Shown here piece after piece: positions 56,846-64,000 of a stretch of DNA of 64,000 nucleotides. The notes beneath the pieces are model-generated. The model was given only the letters and a program-made list of their open reading frames with translations. It was not told the origin of the DNA and searched no databases. Source of the stretch: Candidatus Limnocylindrus sp. (GTDB taxonomy: Bacteria > Chloroflexota > Limnocylindria > Limnocylindrales > Limnocylindraceae); assembly GCA_040397175.1 (NCBI GenBank), contig JBBAWM010000003.1:32001-96000 (forward strand), in the 5' to 3' direction. A program made the translations under genes and the position numbers. Positions within the stretch are counted from its first letter, which is position 1; each line of letters begins with the position of its first letter.

Positions 56846-58666
56846 CTACGGACAACCGGTGATCGGCGTACCTGCTGGCGCACTCGTCACGATCGTAATC
56901 TCACTCCCAGGTTCCACGAAGACTCCGACGAGCGGCGTGAACGTGTCGATGCGATCAGTTTCGGTCAGCGCCGCTGAGGCAGTGCTCAACGAGAGGCCGA
57001 GCTCCGTCAGGATCGCCTTCGCGTCGCGGACGCTCGAGCAGCGGAGATCCGGAACCTGTGGCCAGTCGGCCCCGCTCGAGCTTGCCGAAGGGCTTGGCGA
57101 TGGCTCCACACCAAGGGAGATGACGATATCGATCGCCGTTCCACCCGATACCTGCACCCCTGGACGCGGATTCTGTTGGATCACCTCACCGACTGGCACC
57201 GTGTCGGAGTATTCCGTAAAGGTCGCGCCGCGGACCAGCCGTGCCCCAGTCAGTGCTGCGGCGGCATCTACCTCACTCTTTCCACGAACATCGGGGACCA
57301 CCACAAAACCGGTACCGGCCACAACCCGAACCTCAATGATGGTGTTCAACGGCACCAGGGTTTCGCTGCCTGGCGACTGCGAGAGGATCGTGTCCACCGG
57401 CTGATCATTTGAGGTGACCCGCTCAACAACCTGAACGCGCAGGCCAAGTCCCTCAGCGATCGGGATCGCCTCAGCAAGCGTGAGCGTGGTGAGGCTCGGC
57501 ACCTTCACGTTGTTATCCGGGCCGATTCCGGCGGAGAACACCCGCAGCGCCAAGATCACACCCCCCACAAGGAGGAGCGCGGTAAGTGCGACGCCGCCGA
57601 TCGCCAAGAGCATCGTGCGCAGCGACATCGTGTCACCCGCGCCAGAGGGATCCTCACCGCCCACATCGTTCGGGTCCGGCAGTGTCTCGGGCTCACCCGG
57701 TCCAGCCTCTGCTGCAACTCGTGCGACACGTGTTCCCGCAAGGGCACGTGGTGCTCCGGCGGCGGGCCCAACCGGTCGCGACGGAACGGCGGTGCGATTC
57801 GCCTGTACGACATAGGTTTCGAGCGCATCTGCGGCGGCGGTGGCGTTGACGTAGCGCTCATTCGGTTTCGGCGCCAGCAGTCGCATCGTGATCAGGTCGA
57901 GCTCCTGCGAGATATCGGGTCGCAGCTCGCGAGGCGATGGGGCTGGTGATTGGCCGCGGCGCTCCTTCAGCTCTGCGCCACTCAAGCGGTCAAATGGGCG
58001 ATGCCCCGTTAGGAGCTCAAAGAGCACAACGCCGAGGCCGAAGACGTCTGATGCTGCGGTCTGTGGTCCGCCCGCCAACACCTCGGGCGCTAGGTACCCA
58101 ACTGAACCTTCGGGCCGCTGCCCGCTCCGCGCGGCCGCTTCACTTCCGTCAACCTCGTGCATTGCCTGTGCAATACCGAAGTCGGCGATCTGCGCACGAC
58201 CTTCTCGATTGATCAAGATGTTGCGCGACGAGACGTCGCGATGGATGATGCCGCGCACATGTGCAGCGGCAAGTCCACGAGCGACTTGCGCGGCAACGGC
58301 TGCTGCACGACGCGGGACAAGCGGACCCACTCGTCGCAACATGGAGGCCAGGTCCTCGCCGTCGACGAACTCCATGACGATGGCTGGGGTTTCGCCATCC
58401 GGCGCAACGTCGAAGACGGCGGCAACATTCGGGTGTGCGACGATTGCGGCGGCGCGACCCTCGGCGCGGAATCGATCAGCGGCGGCACGCGATGTTGCGA
58501 GCGGCGCGCGCAGCACCTTTACGGCTACGTCGCGGCCGAGCGCCTCATCGGTTGCGCGAAAGACGAGTGCAGCGGCCCCTTCACCGATCAGCTCTTGTAG
58601 GCGATATCGACCGGCAACCAGGTCACCGGGCTTCAGCGTTCCCTCATCGCGCTCTGATGGTGTCAT
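56846..58666 (-). CDS. Hanks-type protein kinase with TM and three PASTA domains (PknB-like)
   Basis: VAVK, HPNV, HRDVSSRN, DFG, YLAPE; VPSL/VPDVRG/VPDLR PASTA repeats. Confidence 0.9.
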   Translation of the reverse strand: MTPSERDEGTLKPGDLVAGRYRLQELIGEGAAALVFRATDEALGRDVAVKVLRAPLATSRAAADRFRAEGRAAAIVAHPNVAAVFDVAPDGETPAIVMEFVDGEDLASMLRRVGPLVPRRAAAVAAQVARGLAAAHVRGIIHRDVSSRNILINREGRAQIADFGIAQAMHEVDGSEAAARSGQRPEGSVGYLAPEVLAGGPQTAASDVFGLGVVLFELLTGHRPFDRLSGAELKERRGQSPAPSPRELRPDISQELDLITMRLLAPKPNERYVNATAAADALETYVVQANRTAVPSRPVGPAAGAPRALAGTRVARVAAEAGPGEPETLPDPNDVGGEDPSGAGDTMSLRTMLLAIGGVALTALLLVGGVILALRVFSAGIGPDNNVKVPSLTTLTLAEAIPIAEGLGLRVQVVERVTSNDQPVDTILSQSPGSETLVPLNTIIEVRVVAGTGFVVVPDVRGKSEVDAAAALTGARLVRGATFTEYSDTVPVGEVIQQNPRPGVQVSGGTAIDIVISLGVEPSPSPSASSSGADWPQVPDLRCSSVRDAKAILTELGLSLSTASAALTETDRIDTFTPLVGVFVEPGSEITIVTSAPAGTPITGCP

Positions 58667-59550
58667 GACAGGCGATCACGCTCTTCTTCGATCGCCTTGC
58701 GCACAATAGGTCCGTACATCGGATGGTCGAGCGCAACGTGGATGTTGGCGCGAAGCCACCCCTCTGGCGATCCGACGTCGTATCGCGTTCCGGTGAAGTG
58801 GCGTCCAACCACTGGCTGCTCTTGGGCCAGGGTATGGATTGCGTCGGTGAGCTGGATCTCACCGTTCAGGCCGTGGGGCGTTTGCTCCAATCGCTCGAAA
58901 ATCTTTGGGCCGAGAATGTAGCGACCAACCACCGCAAGATCGGATGGAGCGTGCGCTGCGTCGGGCTTCTCAACGACGCCGCGGAGCGGAATGGTTCGGC
59001 CCTGATCGCTGATTGGCAGCGTGGTGTCGGGGTCAACAATGCCGTAGCGGTGTGTCTCTGATGGCGCGACACGCATTACGCCGAGTACCGACGCCTGTGT
59101 CGCTACATACGCCTCGATCAGCTCGGCAAGCGCGGGGGTTTCGCCAAAGATCAGGTCGTCGGGGAGCATGACCGCAAAAGGCTCATGACCTACGGCGTCT
59201 TGCGCCATCAGCACGGCGTGGCCAAGGCCGAGCTGCTCTTTCTGACGGATCGTCACAAGGTGCACCATGTCGGCAACCGCGCGCACCGCACGAAGGTGCT
59301 CAATGTCGCCACGCTGCTCCAGGATCGCCTCGAGGTCGGCCGAGATGTCGAAGTGATCTTCGATCGCCCGTTTATGTTCACTCGTCACCAGAATAACCCG
59401 CTCGATTCCCGCCGCAACCGCCTCTTCAATGGCGTACTGAATGGCGGGCCGATCAACGATCGGGAGCAGCTCCTTGGGCACGGCCTTCGTCGCAGGAAGG
59501 AATCGGGTGCCCCATCCGGCTACTGGGAGAACTGCGGTGCGGATCTTCAT
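58663..59550 (-). CDS. galU: UTP-glucose-1-phosphate uridylyltransferase
   Basis: PVAGWGTRFLPATKAVPKE, GLGHA, LPDD, VEKP, GEIQLTD; GGAGG RBS. Confidence 0.96.
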   Translation of the reverse strand: MKIRTAVLPVAGWGTRFLPATKAVPKELLPIVDRPAIQYAIEEAVAAGIERVILVTSEHKRAIEDHFDISADLEAILEQRGDIEHLRAVRAVADMVHLVTIRQKEQLGLGHAVLMAQDAVGHEPFAVMLPDDLIFGETPALAELIEAYVATQASVLGVMRVAPSETHRYGIVDPDTTLPISDQGRTIPLRGVVEKPDAAHAPSDLAVVGRYILGPKIFERLEQTPHGLNGEIQLTDAIHTLAQEQPVVGRHFTGTRYDVGSPEGWLRANIHVALDHPMYGPIVRKAIEEERDRLS

Positions 59551-59587
59551 TGGGGCCTCCGTGCGGTGCTGGGGTTCAGGATACCAG

Positions 59588-60631
59588 TCACCCCTCGTGG
59601 CGAACCCACCTCAATAGTGCACGGATTGGCGTGCCAACGAGTGGCAGGCGCACCTCGCTTGGCGCTTCAACGCTGGCGAGGAAGCCGCAGAGCAAGAGCA
59701 GTGCCCCGAGGAGCTTTCCGGCCTGATACCCCTCAGTCGAACCGGCACGATTCAAGGTATCGGTGAGGCTTGGCACAAAGGCGCCGAGGGCAATGAGCGC
59801 CGTTGCCGGTACGCGGCGGTTTAGGGTGCCAGCGCGCCATGCTCGCCAGGCATCGGGAACGCTGCGCACGAAGTTCACGGTAAGGGCTACTGGGGCAATC
59901 GCAAGGTTGAAGAGCAGCTCGTCACCACGCTGATCAGGATCACTCGAGTAGGGGAGCACGCGGCGCTTCGGCATGAAAACGTAGATCGAAAAGAGGGCGC
60001 CAGTCAGGAGCGCGAGTCCACCACTCACATTCAAGATCGGTGTGAGCAGGCGCAGTGCAGGCGGAAGCAAGAGGGCAATCGGCGCACCAGTCGCCGGGTC
60101 GGTCGCCCAGCCCGGTGGCGGGAGTCGTACGACCACCATGAGTGGCACTGCGGCGGCGCTCAACACTGCGGTTAACGAGATCGCAACACGCGCCCAGCGC
60201 ACATTACCCATGTACGAGAGCCAGCCAATGGCAATTGCAGCGCCCCACGCGGTCAGTGAGTAGAGCAGCGCCGTTGGCCCAGCAGATGGATCTTCGAGTC
60301 GGCGTGCGACCAGAATCGTAAAGAGGCCAGAGAGTGCTAAGCAGAGCGCATACCAATAACCGAAGCGCGTTTTCGCGAGCAGCAGAATGGTTCCAGCGCC
60401 AAGCCATCCTGCAGTCCATACCGCACCAAAGAGATACCAAACGCGATAGATCGGCTCGCTCCAACCTACGACGGCCGCGAGTGCCTCCGCTCCAGCGGCA
60501 ATCGCAAAGGCAAGCGCACCAATGCCCCACGCCAACTGATACGCGCCCCGACGGGATCGATACTGATCAATGAGCAGTGCTGCGAACAGCAGGGCGAAGA
60601 GTGCGGTGAGTGTTGGTAGGAGCGTGGTCAC
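59588..60631 (-). CDS. Polytopic membrane protein of unknown function
   Basis: About 9 hydrophobic segments; Trp/Tyr-rich (YRVWYLFGA, WLGAG). Confidence 0.7.
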   Translation of the reverse strand: MTTLLPTLTALFALLFAALLIDQYRSRRGAYQLAWGIGALAFAIAAGAEALAAVVGWSEPIYRVWYLFGAVWTAGWLGAGTILLLAKTRFGYWYALCLALSGLFTILVARRLEDPSAGPTALLYSLTAWGAAIAIGWLSYMGNVRWARVAISLTAVLSAAAVPLMVVVRLPPPGWATDPATGAPIALLLPPALRLLTPILNVSGGLALLTGALFSIYVFMPKRRVLPYSSDPDQRGDELLFNLAIAPVALTVNFVRSVPDAWRAWRAGTLNRRVPATALIALGAFVPSLTDTLNRAGSTEGYQAGKLLGALLLLCGFLASVEAPSEVRLPLVGTPIRALLRWVRHEG

Positions 60632-60643
60632 GCCAGGTCCGGC

Positions 60644-61000
60644 CTACGCCGGCTGAAACTCGTGTGCATCGTGATGCAGGCCATCACAGAGGCCAAACTC
60701 GGCGCCAGCGCCGTGTGGCAGACGGATCGGTCGCATGATCTCGCGCACACCACTGCGGTCGCAACGGAGCCAGCCACGCTCTGCCATCCAGCGCGGCGGG
60801 CAGGCGGGATCGGTGCAGAACTGAAATGGTCCAGGATTGATCGGCGATGGCTCGCCGAACGATGGGGCAACTTCCGTTGCGGTGGTGTCGAGCACGCTGA
60901 TGCGAAACGGGGTGCCAGCGATCTGCGCCGAGCAGCCATCGCATCGCGCGGCACTATTCTCGGCGATGATGGTGGGGATGCGGATGCCATTCACTTCCAT
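60644..61000 (-). CDS. Small Cys/His-rich hypothetical protein
   Basis: CDGC, FCTDPAC, CDGLHHDAH; TACGAT upstream of MEVNG. Confidence 0.65.
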   Translation of the reverse strand: MEVNGIRIPTIIAENSAARCDGCSAQIAGTPFRISVLDTTATEVAPSFGEPSPINPGPFQFCTDPACPPRWMAERGWLRCDRSGVREIMRPIRLPHGAGAEFGLCDGLHHDAHEFQPA

Positions 61001-61142
61001 AGGAATCTGATCGTACCTGAGGCTGCGCCGACCTGGCGCCGAGCGCAGCCCCGTCGGTGACCCGGCTACGGAGGCCGACGAGCCGTAGCTCACCACAAAC
61101 GCCGAGAAGGTCGTACCCTAGAGCCATGAGGATGCTGACGAG

Positions 61143-61481
61143 ATGAGTGCGCCCGCCAAACTACGAAGCCGCCTTCGCGGCGTGGTCTCCCTCGGCACCT
61201 TCGTTGCCGTGGTCGTCGCGGTTGGCGTCTCCCTCCTCTACCTCGCCTGGGTCGCCACCATTCGCAATGCTGACCAGATCGGTGAGCTCTCGGTGGGCAC
61301 CTTCGTCGTTGGCCTCTCCTGCGCATTTGCGTCGCTCATGCTCACGATCAGCATGATCCGCGCGATTCGCGGCGCCCGCGATGGGCGGGCGATGCTCGCC
61401 GCCCTCTTGGCTGGTGGCTTCGCCATCGCCGCGGGAATCGCCCTCGGCGCGTCGAACATCCTCGGCAAGCTCGCCTCCTAG
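61143..61481 (+). CDS. Small three-TM hypothetical protein
   Basis: Three hydrophobic helices; GC-rich codon usage; ends just before tRNA-Glu. Confidence 0.65.
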   Translation: MSAPAKLRSRLRGVVSLGTFVAVVVAVGVSLLYLAWVATIRNADQIGELSVGTFVVGLSCAFASLMLTISMIRAIRGARDGRAMLAALLAGGFAIAAGIALGASNILGKLAS

Positions 61482-61521
61482 GGGCGGCGCCCTAGGAGCG
61501 GTGCTACGCTGCGAGCCGCGC

Positions 61522-61598
61522 GCCCCTGTCGTCTAGAGGCCTAGGACGCCACCCTTTCAAGGTGGAGATCACGGGTTCGAATCCCGTCGGGGGTACCA
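61522..61598 (+). tRNA. tRNA-Glu (TTC)
   Basis: Acceptor GCCCCTG/CGGGGGT, anticodon stem CCACC/GGTGG with loop CT-TTC-AA, GTTCGAATC, encoded CCA. Confidence 0.96.
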
Positions 61599-61693
61599 CC
61601 CCACCGCGCAACCCCCCGCACGCATGGGATGCCACGAGGATCCGTACGTCGGGGCGTCGGGTGCAGAAGTGGCACCCGTGGCATCCTGAAGTC

Positions 61694-62047
61694 ATGCCGA
61701 TTGCCGTCGTCGCCTTCCTCACCTACGCCCTCCTCCTGCTCGCAGGGCTCGGACTCACGCTCGGCAAGATCGTGGAGCAGGCAACCGCCGCCCCCGTCAC
61801 CCTCCAAGGCGTGGTCTGGATGGCGCTCATCGCGGCCTGCATCTTCACCATTACCCTCGTCTGGCAGCGCAAGGAGGCTGGGCGCGGATTCGCGGTGGGC
61901 CTCAGCACCATGTTGATCCCTGCTGGCCCACTGATCGCCCTCACCCTGGGGAACTGGCTCCCTGGCCTCCCCCCGGTCGCCCTCGCCCTTCTCTTGATTC
62001 GGGGCTTACGCGGCGCCCCTGCCCGCGCCTGGCTGAACGAACAGTGA
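61694..62047 (+). CDS. Small membrane protein
   Basis: Four hydrophobic segments; CATCCT-6nt-ATG; GTGA overlap with the next gene. Confidence 0.65.
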   Translation: MPIAVVAFLTYALLLLAGLGLTLGKIVEQATAAPVTLQGVVWMALIAACIFTITLVWQRKEAGRGFAVGLSTMLIPAGPLIALTLGNWLPGLPPVALALLLIRGLRGAPARAWLNEQ

Positions 62048-62928
62048 GCTCCGCTCCGATTCGCCGGGTCGGCGATCGCGACCGCCGGCCAGACCTTGCG
62101 CTCGCGGGGACCTTCAGCTCTCCACTCGACGTGCACCTGCACACCCTCCTCTCCCCCGACTCCGAGGTGCCGCTCGACGTCTATCCCGCCCTGGCGATTG
62201 CCTTGGGGATGCAACGCATTGCCCTTACCGACCACCTCGACTTTGACCCGCGCGAGGAGGGGGCGACCCTCGCCCCACATCGCCAGCGCGTCGAGGCGGT
62301 CGAGGCGCTGCGCCGAGAGTTTGGAGATCAGCTGGAGATCCTACTCGGCGTGGAGATCTCGTATGAGCGGCAATACGAGGCGGAGATCCGCGAACACCTG
62401 CGCACCACCCAGTACGACCTGACCATCTGCAGCGTGCACCCAGGAATCGACTCGCCCTTCAAGCGTTCGCTCGCGGCGAACTGGGCCGGACATGACGTGC
62501 ACGAAACAGCCCCGTATTTTGCCGAGGTGCAGGCGGGGATTCAGAGTGGACTCTTCGACATCGTGGGGCACATGGACTACGTACGGAAATATGTGCACCC
62601 ACATATCGACACACCCGCATTCGAGGCGGCACCTGACCTGTACGAGCCCGTACTGAAGGCGCTCATCGAAACTGGGACCGCCTTAGAGATCAACTCGTCA
62701 GGGTGGCGCCAGCGAACTGGAATTCCGTATCCACTCCCACAAGCGGTGCATCGCTACCGCGAACTTGGCGGCGAGTACATCGTGACCGGCTCCGACGCCC
62801 ACCAGCCAGAGTGGTTTGCGATGAACTTTGATCGCGCACGAGACTTGCTTCTTGATGCAGGCTTTGAAGAGCTGGCAACGAAGCGATGGAAGTCCGCGGG
62901 TGAGCAGTGGCCAATTCCAGCGCGCTAA
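62044..62928 (+). CDS. Histidinol-phosphatase HisJ/HisK-type PHP-domain protein
   Basis: HLHT, TDH, GVE, SVH, GHMD, LEINSS, GSDAH. Confidence 0.85.
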   Translation: MSSAPIRRVGDRDRRPDLALAGTFSSPLDVHLHTLLSPDSEVPLDVYPALAIALGMQRIALTDHLDFDPREEGATLAPHRQRVEAVEALRREFGDQLEILLGVEISYERQYEAEIREHLRTTQYDLTICSVHPGIDSPFKRSLAANWAGHDVHETAPYFAEVQAGIQSGLFDIVGHMDYVRKYVHPHIDTPAFEAAPDLYEPVLKALIETGTALEINSSGWRQRTGIPYPLPQAVHRYRELGGEYIVTGSDAHQPEWFAMNFDRARDLLLDAGFEELATKRWKSAGEQWPIPAR

Positions 62929-63743
62929 CGCTCACGGTCCTCGGTTCGGCCGGCGCGTATCGCACGCATGATGGATCTCGCGCGTCTGGATACCTCGTGC
63001 AGCACGGGCTGACCACGCTCCTTCTTGACCTGGGGCATGGTGCCTACGCGCCGCTCGCTGCGCACCTTGGCATCAACGGGTTGCCACAGATAAGCGCCGT
63101 AGCAATTTCACATCTGCATCCCGACCACTGGGCTGACCTCGCCGCGCTGCGACACGCCCTGGTGCATGGCAACAAGATGGGGAGCGACGCGCGTAGCGTT
63201 TCCGTGATCGGTCCGAGTGGCCTTGCACCACGAATCGCAACGCTGCTTGATGCTCGCACGCCCGAGGAGCAGGCTGCCGGGACCTACGAGGCCGCGCAGC
63301 CATTTGCCTTTTCGACGTGGCGGCTTGAGTTGGCGTTGCCTCCACTGGGTGGCGGACGCGTTGTCACCGTTGGCGATCTTACGCTACAGAGTGCGCGTGT
63401 ACGCCACACTGGCGAGTCGTATGCGCTGCGAGTCGCCGTCGGCGACCAGCCCGGGCTGACCTACTCAGGAGATGTGTCGCATTGGGAGGATCTTGCGGCG
63501 ATCGTGCAACGTGGTGACACGCTGCTCTGTGAAGCGGCAGGTGGCGCAGCGACGTGGGAAGAAGGCGACACACACATCACGGCGAACGGAGCGGGAAAGG
63601 CTGCGACATCGGCTGGCGCTGCGAGGCTGCTTCTCACACACTTCGGCGCCGAGGTTGATCCGGTCGACGCCTTGCGCGCCGCTGCGATTGAGTTTGCTGG
63701 CGAGATCGTCGCGGTACGCGAAGGAGATCGTTTCGAGCTGTAG
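62907..63743 (+). CDS. MBL-fold metallo-hydrolase (RNase Z-like)
   Basis: LTVLGS, LLDLG, SHLHPDH, H, YSGD, LLTH. Confidence 0.85.
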   Translation: MANSSALTLTVLGSAGAYRTHDGSRASGYLVQHGLTTLLLDLGHGAYAPLAAHLGINGLPQISAVAISHLHPDHWADLAALRHALVHGNKMGSDARSVSVIGPSGLAPRIATLLDARTPEEQAAGTYEAAQPFAFSTWRLELALPPLGGGRVVTVGDLTLQSARVRHTGESYALRVAVGDQPGLTYSGDVSHWEDLAAIVQRGDTLLCEAAGGAATWEEGDTHITANGAGKAATSAGAARLLLTHFGAEVDPVDALRAAAIEFAGEIVAVREGDRFEL

Positions 63744-63753
63744 GGTGCGGCGA

Positions 63754-63999
63754 TCAGTCTGGTGGCAAGGTGGGATCGGTAGCGGCAAACCCACGCTCTA
63801 CCGCAAGGGCCAAGCCGCCACGCTGGTCAATCAGCACATACGCCCGAATCACATCCGTCGCATCACCTGCCGGAATCTCCATTGATGGGCGAATGTCGTC
63901 TGTGACGATGAGCCAGAAGGTCCCCGACAGTCCTGGGGCATCGGTGCCGCCACTGCTCAGGGTGATGAGTCGTACCCGCGGCGTTGCGCCAACCGGCGC
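63754..63999 (-). CDS. 3' end of a hypothetical protein (partial)
   Basis: Frame open from the window edge: APVGATPRVRLITL...FAATDPTLPPD*. Confidence 0.5.
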   Translation of the reverse strand, partial: APVGATPRVRLITLSSGGTDAPGLSGTFWLIVTDDIRPSMEIPAGDATDVIRAYVLIDQRGGLALAVERGFAATDPTLPPD

Positions 64000-64000
64000 A

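Noticed and set aside
61011-61050. SRP RNA-like CCAGGUC...GCAGC on the minus strand
   Set aside because: Lacks the GNRA-capped helix 8 and the long flanking stem.
1-64000. CRISPR arrays, transposases, prophage or defence systems
   Set aside because: I found no regularly spaced direct repeats and no ORFs with matching motifs on reading.

Overview
This is a high-GC, densely packed chromosomal window from a monoderm-type bacterium. The gene content (PASTA kinase, sortase-fold protein, M15 carboxypeptidase, TrpB2, Cx4Hx4M blue-copper protein) and tiny intergenic spacers tentatively suggest a streamlined Chloroflexota or actinobacteria-like organism; this is an inference, not a tested assignment. 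It holds about 60 CDS and two tRNAs (Thr-CGT, Glu-TTC). I saw no transposase, integrase, prophage, CRISPR array or rRNA. Main loci: an amino-acid ABC transporter; a surface-glycan cluster (GT4s, wecB, UDP-HexNAc dehydrogenase, AT3-SGNH acyltransferases); homospermidine synthase; secreted hydrolases; cysK-cysE; trpB2-DUF1015; maeA-pntAB; a response regulator-kinase-HtrA operon; folC-folP::folB; and galU-PASTA kinase. Most notable observations: (1) a pervasive leaderless architecture, with TAnnnT exactly 6 nt before the start codon; (2) an unannotated leaderless Cys-containing leader peptide with alternative RNA helices upstream of cysK-cysE; (3) two leaderless mini-ORFs coupled by ATGA overlap to downstream genes; (4) a sortase-fold protein with His/Ser/Lys instead of His/Cys/Arg; (5) a trpB2-DUF1015 pair suggesting a serine-kinase-fed indole salvage route; (6) a sensor kinase that apparently starts at CTG; (7) an Asp-box gene with an in-frame TGA; (8) a PASTA kinase with a tyrosine-kinase-like catalytic loop.
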